Source: an uncultured Fibrobacterota bacterium (GTDB lineage: Bacteria > Fibrobacterota > Chitinivibrionia > Chitinivibrionales > FEN-1185). From it: a DNA stretch of 64,000 bases. The notes beneath the pieces are model-generated. The model was not told the origin of the DNA and did not search any database. It saw nothing but the letters and a program-made list of their open reading frames with translations. The stretch is taken from NCBI GenBank assembly GCA_963753345.1, contig CAVWBU010000027.1, forward strand, positions 160,001 to 224,000. The letters run 5' to 3'. A program made the translations under genes and the position numbers. Positions 30,437-39,692 of the stretch are shown piece by piece (within the stretch, counting starts at the first letter, position 1; every line of letters starts with the position of its first letter).

Positions 30437-31399
30437 ATGGAAAGATTAAAAGTCCTTATCGCCGATGACGACGGATCAATCAGGACCCTGGTAAAAGAGT
30501 ATCTGGAACAGAAAGGTTTCAGGGTCATTGTTGCGGTAAACGGAAATGAAGCCGTGATCCTGGAAGAAAGGTTACGGCCCGACCTGGTAATTCTGGACGT
30601 GGAAATGCCGGTGATGAGCGGGCTTGAAGCATGCAAAGCCATTCGGGCAAAACGGAGCGGTATTCATTACGTGCCGATTATTTTCCTAAGCGGCATTCTG
30701 GTGGAAGGCGCGGTTATCATGGGCCTGCAAATAGGCGCGGATGACTACGTACGGAAACCGTTTGAGGCCCTCGAACTTGTGAGCCGCATCAACAACCTCA
30801 TCAAAATGAAGAAATTCATTGAGCAGGTGGAATCAATCGAAAACGTGATTTTCTCCCTTGTCAAATCCATCGAAGCGCGGGATTCCTACACCGCCGGACA
30901 TTGCAGGCGCGTGGCCGAAATTTCGTCGAAGCTTGGCAAAGAGCTGGGGCTGTCCGGCGAGGAAATAAAAATCATCCATAAGAGTTCCATGCTGCACGAC
31001 GTCGGGAAAATCGGGGTGCCGGACCAGATACTCAATAAACAGGGCAAACTGCTTGATGAGGAGTTCACCCGAATCAAGGAGCATCCCGCGAGCGGCGGGG
31101 AAATCTGCGGGTGTCTGCGGCTCGCCGAACAATCTCTTGACATCATACGGCACCACCACGAAAAACTTGACGGAAGCGGATACCCTGACGGGTTGAAAGC
31201 GGAACAGATCAGCAGGTATGTGAGGATCGTCACCGTGGCGGACATCTACGACGCTCTGACGACCGACAGGCCCTACCGTGTGTCAAAAAGTGTTCCCGAT
31301 GCGATTGGCACATTGAAAAAAGAGGCTTCCGAAGGAAAACTGGACACGGGCATCGTGAACTGCATGGAGAAAATTTCCTACGGACAACAGGCCGCATGA
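30437..31399 (+). CDS. REC-HD-GYP cyclic di-GMP phosphodiesterase (RpfG-like)
   Basis: REC 'LDVEMP'. HD-GYP motifs 'YTAGH', 'LHDVGK', 'HHEKLDGSGYP', 'DIYDALTTDRPY'. Confidence 0.93.
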   Translation: MERLKVLIADDDGSIRTLVKEYLEQKGFRVIVAVNGNEAVILEERLRPDLVILDVEMPVMSGLEACKAIRAKRSGIHYVPIIFLSGILVEGAVIMGLQIGADDYVRKPFEALELVSRINNLIKMKKFIEQVESIENVIFSLVKSIEARDSYTAGHCRRVAEISSKLGKELGLSGEEIKIIHKSSMLHDVGKIGVPDQILNKQGKLLDEEFTRIKEHPASGGEICGCLRLAEQSLDIIRHHHEKLDGSGYPDGLKAEQISRYVRIVTVADIYDALTTDRPYRVSKSVPDAIGTLKKEASEGKLDTGIVNCMEKISYGQQAA

Positions 31400-31572
31400 C
31401 CACAGGCCATGTTCTGCCCAGAAGCCGCCGACTCCTGTCGCAGAGCAATATTGTATTTTAAATAAGTACGTGAGGAAGGGGAGGGCTGAGGTCTATTTTG
31501 ATTGGGTTGAAGAATAGCTTCTTTGTTGTCAATAACTCACCATAAATTCGCAGCCGACACCGAAGAGATGAT

Positions 31573-31594
31573 TTTTGTCTTTATTTTGTCTTTA
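31573..31594 (+). repeat. Tandem 11-bp direct repeat near the right att (candidate arm-type site)
   Basis: TTTTGTCTTTA TTTTGTCTTTA, 48 bp inside the right repeat. Confidence 0.55.
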
Positions 31595-31642
31595 TCGGCT
31601 AAGAAGTGCCGAATTTCGCAGGAAAAACGCGAACCAGAGGAC

Positions 31643-31683
31643 TTAGCAAACCGTTGCCTTCAGCCACTCGGCCACCCCTCCAA
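31643..31683 (+). repeat. att direct repeat, copy 2 = displaced 5'-half fragment of tRNA-Ser (minus strand)
   Basis: Identical to 24038..24078. Identity stops exactly at the 3' edge of the anticodon loop. Confidence 0.95.
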
Positions 31684-31723
31684 ACGAGGATTGTCAAGCG
31701 CGGAATCAAAAAAATGATGTCTA

Positions 31724-31752
31724 AATATACTACGTAAGGATTTGCATTACAA
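31724..31752 (-). promoter_or_regulatory. Probable native tRNA-Ser promoter TTGTAA-N17-TATATT, now upstream of the tRNA fragment
   Basis: Minus strand reads ttgtaa tgcaaatccttacgtag tatatt tagac, about 42 nt before the fragment 5' G (31681). Resembles the tRNA-Pro promoter. Confidence 0.6.
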
Positions 31753-31849
31753 GCCCGGCATCACGGCTTGAGGAAATCGAGTCCCAGCGCCGAATCGCCC
31801 GTGCGCTTCAAGAACGGAACCCCGTCCCGACGGCCTGGAAATATTGCAC

Positions 31850-31878
31850 TTGCATTGGCTTCCCCTTTGCAGTAGAAT
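31850..31878 (+). promoter_or_regulatory. Promoter TTGCAT-N17-TAGAAT for the phosphorylase-like gene
   Basis: Hexamers and spacing as stated, 37 nt before ATG 31916. Confidence 0.45.
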
Positions 31879-31915
31879 TAGTTTATACTGTGCAATGTTA
31901 ACATGTTAGGGTGAC

Positions 31916-34327
31916 ATGGATTCCATTAAACGCTCCTATCATAGATACCTTAGGTATTTCCTTTCCAAGGACGATGCCACTGCCACGCCCTACGATAAAT
32001 ATATGGCGCTTGCGTACGCGGTTCGCAGCGAGATGGTCGACCGCTGGATAGAAACGCAGAGCGGATACCATCGGAGCAATGCGCGGCGGGTGTATTTTTT
32101 GTCAATGGAGTATATTTTCGGCAGGAGTTTGCAACAGAACATTTTGAGTCTTGACATTGAGGAAAGCGTCGCTGCGCTCGCCGCCGAACTCGGGTTCGAC
32201 ATCGAGGGAATTTACGCCCAGGAGAACTCCTTCGATCTCGGAAACGGCGGCAAGGCCCGCCTTGCCGCATGTTTGCAGGATGCCATGGCGACGATGGGAC
32301 TTCCCGCAATGGCCTACGGCCTCAGGTACGATTACGGTCAGTTTCATCAGGACATCGAAAACGGGGTGCAGGTGGAGCGGCCCTACGACTGGCTGCACAA
32401 AGGCCACCCCTGGGAAATCATTCGCCCGGAATACACCTGCGAAGTCAACTTCTACGGCACGGCCGCGCCAGCGACCAACGCCCGCGACCCGCTCGAAGGC
32501 GTCTGGAAAGACCCCGAGCGCGTGGTCGCGGTCCCGTATGATTTTCCCGTCGCCGGATTTCGAAACCGCACGGTCAACACGCTGCGTCTATGGGTGGCAC
32601 GCGGGTCCGAAGAATTCTTGCCCGATTACACCAACCACGGCGACTATTTGCGCGCGTGCGAAGACAAGTCACGGTCGGGCACCGTCACAAAAATCCTGTT
32701 TCCTGAGGAGGACGTTCTGCGCGCGACGGAACTGCGGCTCAAGCAGCAGTTTTTTCTCGTCAGCGCCTCGCTGCAGGATATCCTGAGGCGGTACAAGACC
32801 AGGAACAGCGACCTTGCGGACCTTCCCGAGCATGTGATTATCCAGTTGAGCGGCAGCAATTGCGGACTCGCCGTGCCCGAGCTGCTTCGGCTGCTGGTGG
32901 ATGTTGAACACATTCCGTGGAAGAAGGCGTGGGACGTGACCTCGGGCATTTTTGCGTATACAAGCAACGCCGTGTGCCGCGAGCACCTGGAGGCCTGGCC
33001 GGTGTATCTTATGTCCCAGATTTTTCCACGGCACCTGCAGATCATTTACGAAATCAACCAGATGCACCTTGACAGCGTGCGCAGTGCGCACGCCGCCGAC
33101 AACGACCTGATTCGTGACCTTTCACTGATCGCCGAAGGCGAGGTGCGGCGCGTGAAGCTCGGGCATCTTGCCATGCTCGGTTCCCGCACCGTCAATGGAG
33201 TTTCGGCGTCGCAGTCCGAAACGCTCAAGAAATCAGTTTTTCCGGAATTCATGGTCGTGTCGCCGGATAAGTTCCAATCCAAGACCAACGGCGTTTCGCA
33301 TCGGCGATGGCTCCTGTGCGCCAACCGGCCTCTGGGAAGCCTGATTGCTTCGGTCATCGGTGAAGAATGGGCGAGGAAGCCCCAGGAACTGTCCCGGCTC
33401 GAGCCGTTCGCCGCCGACGAGGCGTTCCTCGCAAAGATGGGAAATGTCCGCAGCGCCGCGAAACGCTCCCTTGCCGCGTATGTCAAGATGGCGGTCGGCG
33501 TCACCGTGGACCCAGACGCAATGTTCGACGTCCAGTGCAAAAAGATACACCAATACAAGCGCCAGGTGCTTCACGTGCTGCATGTGCTGGCGCGTTACCT
33601 CCGCATCAAACGCGGCGAAGGTCTTCCGTCGGTCAGCCGCGTGCATATTTTTTCCGGCAAGGCGGCGCCGTCCGATCAGCTTGCAAAACAGATAATACGG
33701 CTTATCAATGTCGTCGGCGAAATAGTCAATAACGACCCGCAGGTGAGGGACCTGATCAAAGTCGTCTTCCTGCCTGATTACGGGGTCACGCTGGCCGAAA
33801 AGATAGTGCCTGCTGCCGACCTGTCGGAACAGATTTCGACTCCGGGCCAGGAGGCGAGCGGCACCGGAAACTCGAAATTCGCCATCAACGGCGGCCTGCT
33901 CATGGCCAGCAAGAGCGGGTCGAACATAGAGATCATCGAGCATGTCGGCGCCGAAAACATGTTCGTATTCGGAAGATCCGCGGGCGAGTTGCCCGCTGTT
34001 AACAGCTATCAGGCGTACGACGTCCTTTCTGCCAATCCGATGCTTTCCGCGGTTTTCAAGTTCCTCCAGGAATGTCTTGACCGTCCCGGCTCCAATGCAG
34101 TCTCCATCCGGCCGCTTCTGTCAACACTCATGGATTCGGACCGCTATTTCGTCCTGCTCGACTTCGACGACTACGTGCGCAAACAGGACGAAGCCGACGC
34201 CCTTTTCCGGAATTCCAGGGAATGGGCGAAAAGAAGTCTTGTGAATATCGCGCGCTCCGGCTATTTTTCTATCGACAGGACTGTCGGCCAGTATGCGGCC
34301 GAAATCTGGAACGTAACCCCGCAGTAA
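31916..34327 (+). CDS. glgP: Glycogen/alpha-glucan phosphorylase homologue (GT35) with degenerate active-site motifs
   Basis: Full length, 803 aa. YFLSME, LGNGG, ELRLKQ, KTNG..RRWL, YKRQ, GKAAP and EASGTGNSK (PLP Lys) are present, but several conserved motifs are altered (see findings). Confidence 0.85.
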   Translation: MDSIKRSYHRYLRYFLSKDDATATPYDKYMALAYAVRSEMVDRWIETQSGYHRSNARRVYFLSMEYIFGRSLQQNILSLDIEESVAALAAELGFDIEGIYAQENSFDLGNGGKARLAACLQDAMATMGLPAMAYGLRYDYGQFHQDIENGVQVERPYDWLHKGHPWEIIRPEYTCEVNFYGTAAPATNARDPLEGVWKDPERVVAVPYDFPVAGFRNRTVNTLRLWVARGSEEFLPDYTNHGDYLRACEDKSRSGTVTKILFPEEDVLRATELRLKQQFFLVSASLQDILRRYKTRNSDLADLPEHVIIQLSGSNCGLAVPELLRLLVDVEHIPWKKAWDVTSGIFAYTSNAVCREHLEAWPVYLMSQIFPRHLQIIYEINQMHLDSVRSAHAADNDLIRDLSLIAEGEVRRVKLGHLAMLGSRTVNGVSASQSETLKKSVFPEFMVVSPDKFQSKTNGVSHRRWLLCANRPLGSLIASVIGEEWARKPQELSRLEPFAADEAFLAKMGNVRSAAKRSLAAYVKMAVGVTVDPDAMFDVQCKKIHQYKRQVLHVLHVLARYLRIKRGEGLPSVSRVHIFSGKAAPSDQLAKQIIRLINVVGEIVNNDPQVRDLIKVVFLPDYGVTLAEKIVPAADLSEQISTPGQEASGTGNSKFAINGGLLMASKSGSNIEIIEHVGAENMFVFGRSAGELPAVNSYQAYDVLSANPMLSAVFKFLQECLDRPGSNAVSIRPLLSTLMDSDRYFVLLDFDDYVRKQDEADALFRNSREWAKRSLVNIARSGYFSIDRTVGQYAAEIWNVTPQ

Positions 34328-34436
34328 AAGATTTTTGTTCTCCCGCTTCACCCAGACCCCACACCGGGGACGCGCCGGGGCATTGCAACAGGAAAACGCC
34401 AATGCATTTGGCGGATGCGTGTCGGAGACGCACACC

Positions 34437-36182
34437 ATGAAAAAAGAAGAAAAGCTCACCGGAATCACCGTTGTTGGCGGGAAAGGGCTTGGTGCGGCAT
34501 ACTTCGTTGGGCGTGGTGTGGAACGGCCCTCGGCAGTCACCATCTCGCGGCAGGATGTTGGCGACCAGATCATGCGCTTCAACGAGATCCGCGAAAAAGC
34601 AAAGAAGGATTACGCGCAGATCGCAAAGCGCAGCGATTCGGCAGTCACGCCGACCATTCTCCAGATTTACGAACACGTTCTCGAAGACCCTTCGTTTGTG
34701 GGCCAGGTGGTGCAAACGATTTCCACAAAGCTCTACGACCTTGAGTCGTCGATCCGTCTCGTTCTCAATGATCTTGTCAAACGCTTCAATGCCGCGGGCA
34801 CGCCGTATCTCAAGGAGCGCAGCAGTGACATCGTTGAAGTGTGCGAAAAACTCATTTCGTACCTCTACGAGGACGATGGAAGGGCGAAAGGCTTTGTTGA
34901 ACCGGTGGTCCTCGTGGTGCTCAGGACGTTCACGCCTTCCGACATTCTCTCCTACGACAGGTCGATGATCCGGGCGGTGATAAGCTCGAGCGGCGGCAAA
35001 ACGTCGCACGCGGCGATTATCGCGCGCGCGTATTCGATCCCGGTGGTGTCGGGAATAAGGAACATTCAGGAAAGCGTATTCCCGGGAGACCAGCTCTTTG
35101 TCGACGCCGACAGGGGCATCGTAATTGCGCGTCCGGGCGCCGCTGTGGTGAGCAAAGTGCCGCGCCAGCGCGCCTGGCAGGAGGAACTCGACAAACTCCG
35201 GACCAAGTGGCAGCGTCCTGTTTACACGCGCGATGGAATCCACGTGGAAGTGCTCGCAAACGTTTCCCTGCCCGAAGACGTGGAAGAAGCGAACCGTTTC
35301 GGCGCGGATGGAATCGGTCTGGTGCGTACCGAATACCTGCTGTCGAATCGCAAGAGCTTTCCGGATGAGGAAACGCAGCGCGCCTACTACGAAAAGATAT
35401 TCGGAGGCGCCGGCAACAAGCACTGCGTCATGCGCATTATGGACATCGGCGGCGACAAGGTTCCGGAATTTTTCGAGATGCCCCCGGAGTTCAACCCATT
35501 CATGGGGTGGCGCGCAATCCGGATCCTGCTCGAAATGAAAGACCTTTTCGAAACGCAGCTTTCCGCAATCATGAAAGCCGGAAAAAAACGCGATTATTCC
35601 ATCATGATTCCCATGGTGACAACCCTTCAGGAATGGTTGGAGGCAAAGAAAACGATTGCAAAAGTTGCTGCGAACCTTGGCGTTAAGATGCCGCAATGCG
35701 GCGTGCTTTTCGAAGTCCCGCTTGCAATTCTTGAAATGAACACTTTCATGAAAGAAATTGATTTTGCGTCAATTGGAACCAATGACCTTATCCAGTACCT
35801 GAGCGCTGCGGACAGAAACAATTCAAAAGTAAACAACCTCTACAATCCGATTGAACCCGCGTTCCTTCGGATAATCAAGAACGCCATCAAAGTTTCGAAG
35901 GACAATGGCAAACCGCTCTCCATTTGCGGCGAAATGGCGGGCAACGCGTTTCATTCCGTCCTGCTTCTCGGCCTCGGGCTCACGAGATTCAGCGTTATTC
36001 CCAGGGTCATTCCCGTGTTAAAGGAAATTTTCTCGCGGGTGAGTTTTGCAGAGGTCGCGGAAAGCGTTTCTCACATAGATTCCCTCGAATCTACGGAAGA
36101 AGTCTCCAAATGGCTCAAGGGTCTGCACAAAAGACTGCTGGGGGAGCTGCTGGAGAAACTTCCTCTCACTGCGGAAGTGTAA
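34437..36182 (+). CDS. ptsI: PEP-protein phosphotransferase (PTS Enzyme I)
   Basis: Phospho-His motif GGKTSHAAIIAR, plus GIGLVRTE, DIGGDK, NPFMGWRAIR, SIGTNDL, ICGEM. No N-terminal GAF domain. Confidence 0.93.
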   Translation: MKKEEKLTGITVVGGKGLGAAYFVGRGVERPSAVTISRQDVGDQIMRFNEIREKAKKDYAQIAKRSDSAVTPTILQIYEHVLEDPSFVGQVVQTISTKLYDLESSIRLVLNDLVKRFNAAGTPYLKERSSDIVEVCEKLISYLYEDDGRAKGFVEPVVLVVLRTFTPSDILSYDRSMIRAVISSSGGKTSHAAIIARAYSIPVVSGIRNIQESVFPGDQLFVDADRGIVIARPGAAVVSKVPRQRAWQEELDKLRTKWQRPVYTRDGIHVEVLANVSLPEDVEEANRFGADGIGLVRTEYLLSNRKSFPDEETQRAYYEKIFGGAGNKHCVMRIMDIGGDKVPEFFEMPPEFNPFMGWRAIRILLEMKDLFETQLSAIMKAGKKRDYSIMIPMVTTLQEWLEAKKTIAKVAANLGVKMPQCGVLFEVPLAILEMNTFMKEIDFASIGTNDLIQYLSAADRNNSKVNNLYNPIEPAFLRIIKNAIKVSKDNGKPLSICGEMAGNAFHSVLLLGLGLTRFSVIPRVIPVLKEIFSRVSFAEVAESVSHIDSLESTEEVSKWLKGLHKRLLGELLEKLPLTAEV

Positions 36183-36201
36183 CCGGGAACCATGCGGCTG
36201 G

Positions 36202-37050
36202 TTATTTCCCCGGCAAAAGAAGTATCCTGCTGAAATACAGAACGTGAAATTCGATGTTCCTCCGGATATATTCCGGCGTATGCGAGCCTGGCCTTTCGTA
36301 GTAGTCGTGAGGAATGCCGATTGCAAGTAACTTCTCGTGGGTCTTGCGGTTTCCCGTAAGGGCGAAATCGGCTGTGCCGCAGTCAAGAATCAAAGCCTTG
36401 TTCCGACCGGCGAGTTTTTCGCAGAGCGTCAAGAATGAATTTTCCTTCCACCGCGATGCATTGTTCCGGTAATGGCCCAGAACGGCGGATATGTCCCATT
36501 GCGTCGGAAATTCGGAGAGATCCATTATTCCGCTGATGCTCCCCGCGCCGCAGAAAAGGTCGCAATGCTTTGCAAGGATCGTGGCGGCGCCGTGACCTCC
36601 CATGCTCGATCCGATGATGGCGCGCCCCCGGTCGCTGGACCACGTTCGGAAGTTCTTGTCGACAAAGGCCACAACGTCGCTCACGATGTATGACTCGAAC
36701 TTTGAATCCTGCCGCACAGGGCTGTCGACATACCAGGAATTGAAATTCCCGTCCGGACAGACAACGATGATGCGGTACTTGTCTGCGTATTCGTCAATCG
36801 GCGCGACAGTGGACCAGGTCATATAGTCGCCGCTGTAGCCGTGCAGCAGATACATCGTCGAGAACCGATTGTCGCCGGTTGTGTATTCTTCGGGGGTTAC
36901 GACAAGAGCGTTAAAGTTTTTGTTCATGCGCGGCGAAGGAATTTGCACCACGCTCCGGTGAGCGGCGGAAATCGAAACACACAGCAGGAAAATCAGGAAA
37001 AAAAAGCAGTACCTGAAAAAACAGCTTGATCGTGATGGAAAGGGGATCAT
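36202..37050 (-). CDS. Exported alpha/beta-hydrolase esterase (putative esterase / CE1-like)
   Basis: Signal peptide, YLLHG, nucleophile GSSMGG, DCGTAD, PGSH. Confidence 0.85.
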   Translation of the reverse strand: MIPFPSRSSCFFRYCFFFLIFLLCVSISAAHRSVVQIPSPRMNKNFNALVVTPEEYTTGDNRFSTMYLLHGYSGDYMTWSTVAPIDEYADKYRIIVVCPDGNFNSWYVDSPVRQDSKFESYIVSDVVAFVDKNFRTWSSDRGRAIIGSSMGGHGAATILAKHCDLFCGAGSISGIMDLSEFPTQWDISAVLGHYRNNASRWKENSFLTLCEKLAGRNKALILDCGTADFALTGNRKTHEKLLAIGIPHDYYERPGSHTPEYIRRNIEFHVLYFSRILLLPGK

Positions 37051-37097
37051 TCGGTTCTCGTCCGACAAGCTGGAAAGATTAAAACCTTGTCCACAGG

Positions 37098-37649
37098 TCA
37101 GTTTGCAGACATCGCGATAAGATTGAGAAACTCGTCCCGTGTGGCATGCTGGGTGCGAAAGCTGCCGAGCATCGCCGAGGTGATCATTTTTGAATTCTGT
37201 TTTGTGACCCCCCGCATCATCATGCAAAGGTGCTGGGCTTCTATGACGACGCCCACGCCTTCCGCGGCTATCGGCTTCATAAGGCACGACGCAATTTGCT
37301 GGGTGAGGCGCTCCTGAATCTGGAGGCGTCTTGCAAAGCAATCAACAAGCCTTGCGAGCTTGCTCACGCCATATACCTTGTTTTTCGAGATGTAGCCGAT
37401 ATGGCATCTGCCGAAAAAGGGCAGCATGTGATGCTCGCACATGCTGTAAACCTCTATGTCCTTCACGATGATCATGTGGTCGCAGCGCTCATGGAAGATG
37501 GCCTTCTTCAGGATATCGCACGGGTCTTCTTTGTATCCCTGCGTCAGATACTCAAGCGATCGCTTCACGCGGAGCGGTGTGCTGCGGAGCCCTTCCCGGT
37601 TGGGATTCTCGCCGATTTCCCTGAGGATTGTGCGAATCGCGTCTTCCAT
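37098..37649 (-). CDS. folE: GTP cyclohydrolase I
   Basis: Motifs [41 protein letters not shown]. Confidence 0.96.
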   Translation of the reverse strand: MEDAIRTILREIGENPNREGLRSTPLRVKRSLEYLTQGYKEDPCDILKKAIFHERCDHMIIVKDIEVYSMCEHHMLPFFGRCHIGYISKNKVYGVSKLARLVDCFARRLQIQERLTQQIASCLMKPIAAEGVGVVIEAQHLCMMMRGVTKQNSKMITSAMLGSFRTQHATRDEFLNLIAMSAN

Positions 37650-37765
37650 GATTGTGTCCTTTGCGCTCCTGGAGAACAAAAAGAGGCAATGATTTTGCAA
37701 TAGAATATATATTTTGAGTGATTGCAAATGGCACAACCGTTCCATGAGGGGGAGCGACATACGCC

Positions 37766-38818
37766 ATGACCTCCGGCGACTCCAGAAAATCCTACATCAA
37801 AGCGCTGGTCCTCCTTATCGCAATCGTTGCCGTGTTGTTTATCGGCACGGTTGTTCTCAAAATAATCTCATCTCCCACCAGATCCGTTCACGCGATTTTC
37901 GGCGCAGAGGCATTGACCGGTATCCAGTACCAGGACAATCAGAAGGATTCGGTCCGGCAGAAGATTGCCGGGTTCTGGTTCTGCGACAATGCTGTGGACT
38001 CAGGGACGCTGTTTATCCGCTCGTCCGACAGAATGGAATTGAAACCCAACGGCATTTACTGGAGGGTGAAATCGATATGCATCATGCTGCCGTCCGGTGA
38101 TTCGGCGCAGTACGTTGTCGCCTCCACGGGCTATGCAAGCCCGTATTCGCACACCGGGTCGTCGCCGGACAGTCTCACGTGCCAGGTGCATTACATCGGA
38201 ACCACGGTGGTTTCGGCCGGCGATACCTGCTACATGGAAATTTCCCGGCCCGACCCGTCGGCATCAATGCTCCCTCAGTTGCAGGCGCTGCCGAAGGCCG
38301 GAGAGGGAACGGTTGACACCGTGTGGAATCTTATTGCCGGCGACGGCCGCCTCTCCTTCGGCGACCGCTGGTATTCACGGTACGATACCGCGGGTCAGGC
38401 GCTCTTCCGGTTCTTTCCAAAGGGGAGCGTCGAATCGGTCAACAGGTTTTCACTTAACAAATGCGGCAATGCTCTTTCGCTGGAGCTTTTTGTAAAACGC
38501 ATGCTCAACAAGGATTTTGCAGGACTTACCGTTCCGCAGCGTACCGGCGAGGACGTTCTGGCCGCGGTCAGGAAATACTACGAACGGCTCTTTGCTCAAA
38601 ATCTGGCCAGTCGGGTAACCGTATACGGGAAAGGCAAGGCGGGAATTTCCTTTTGGGTGAACGGCGAAGGCAGGGTTGCGGAGCCCGTCAAGGTTTCGAG
38701 CCGGCCCTGGAACATTAAACTTGACGCTGAGCTCAAACGGGAAGTCCAAACGTGGGTTTTCCCCAGGTGCTCCGCTCAGAAAGAACCGGTGAACGTGAAG
38801 TTTGAAATGTCGTATTAG
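37766..38818 (+). CDS. Membrane-anchored protein with TonB-C/AgmX-PglI-like C-terminal domain
   Basis: Single N-terminal TM. C-term '[15 protein letters not shown]...[15 protein letters not shown]...VNVKF'. Confidence 0.5.
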   Translation: MTSGDSRKSYIKALVLLIAIVAVLFIGTVVLKIISSPTRSVHAIFGAEALTGIQYQDNQKDSVRQKIAGFWFCDNAVDSGTLFIRSSDRMELKPNGIYWRVKSICIMLPSGDSAQYVVASTGYASPYSHTGSSPDSLTCQVHYIGTTVVSAGDTCYMEISRPDPSASMLPQLQALPKAGEGTVDTVWNLIAGDGRLSFGDRWYSRYDTAGQALFRFFPKGSVESVNRFSLNKCGNALSLELFVKRMLNKDFAGLTVPQRTGEDVLAAVRKYYERLFAQNLASRVTVYGKGKAGISFWVNGEGRVAEPVKVSSRPWNIKLDAELKREVQTWVFPRCSAQKEPVNVKFEMSY

Positions 38819-38865
38819 CGCAATGCGGCCGCCGGAGCCGCAGACAATCCGTCGGAGACCAACCC

Positions 38866-39669
38866 ATGGACAAACTGGAAACCCTTAAAGGCATCATAGG
38901 CCGGTACACATCGGCCGTGGTTGCCTTTTCCGGCGGCGTCGACAGCACGTTTCTCGCGTGGGCGTGCGCGTCGGTCCTGGGCGACAGGGTCCTGCTGGTC
39001 ACTGCCCAGTCGTCCACCTATCCCGCTTCCGAGGTCGACGGCGCCATACAGTCGGCAAAGATCCTCAAATGCAAACACCGCGTGATCGTGTCCGAAGAGA
39101 TGGACATTCCCGGTTTCGCCGACAATGCGCCGAACCGCTGCTATTTCTGCAAGAGCGAACTGTTCTCCAAGATACGGGACATTGCCCGCGAGGGGAAATA
39201 CGAAGCGGTGTTCGACGGCAGCAACCTCGACGACACAAAAGACTACCGGCCGGGGAGGCAGGCGCTCGCCGAGCTCGGGATCCTGTCGCCCCTGATAGAA
39301 GCCGGGTTGACAAAAGATGATATACGGGCATATTCCCGGCAGGCGGGCCTGCCCACGGCGTCCAAGCCCTCGTTCGCATGCCTCGCCTCCCGGTTCCCCT
39401 ACGGCGAGCGCATCACCAGGGACAAACTTGACAGAGTGGGAAAGGCCGAGCAGACGCTGCGGCTGTTGGGGTTCACGCAGTTCAGGGTGAGAAGCCATGG
39501 GGACCTTGCCAGGATCGAATTCGTGGAATCGGAGATGGACAAGGGCTGGGCCGGCCGAAAAGTGATTGAAGACGCTCTCAGGCAGGCAGGGTACACCTAT
39601 GTCGCCATCGACGCCAGAGGATACCGGACCGGCGCCATGAATGAGTCGCTTCCGAGCGTCCGGAAATAA
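38866..39669 (+). CDS. larE: ATP-dependent sulfur transferase LarE
   Basis: PP-loop AFSGGVDS, RCYFCK, DGSNLDD..DYRPG, KPSFACLASR, RVRSHG, GYRTGAMN. Confidence 0.93.
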   Translation: MDKLETLKGIIGRYTSAVVAFSGGVDSTFLAWACASVLGDRVLLVTAQSSTYPASEVDGAIQSAKILKCKHRVIVSEEMDIPGFADNAPNRCYFCKSELFSKIRDIAREGKYEAVFDGSNLDDTKDYRPGRQALAELGILSPLIEAGLTKDDIRAYSRQAGLPTASKPSFACLASRFPYGERITRDKLDRVGKAEQTLRLLGFTQFRVRSHGDLARIEFVESEMDKGWAGRKVIEDALRQAGYTYVAIDARGYRTGAMNESLPSVRK

Positions 39670-39692
39670 CGTTGCCGCGAGAGGACACCGAC

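Larger units (their letters stand above)
24038..31683. mobile_element. Integrase-less genomic island (7,605 bp between repeat starts) in tRNA-Ser(GCT), carrying signalling genes
   Basis: Bounded by a perfect 41-bp direct repeat. Ends are AT-rich and GC looks lower than the flanks by eye. Cargo is kinases, receivers and an HD-GYP protein. Confidence 0.85.

Noticed and set aside
31523-31717. 64-aa ORF containing 'DLANRCLQPLGHPS'
   Set aside because: That peptide is the antisense translation of the tRNA-Ser att fragment.
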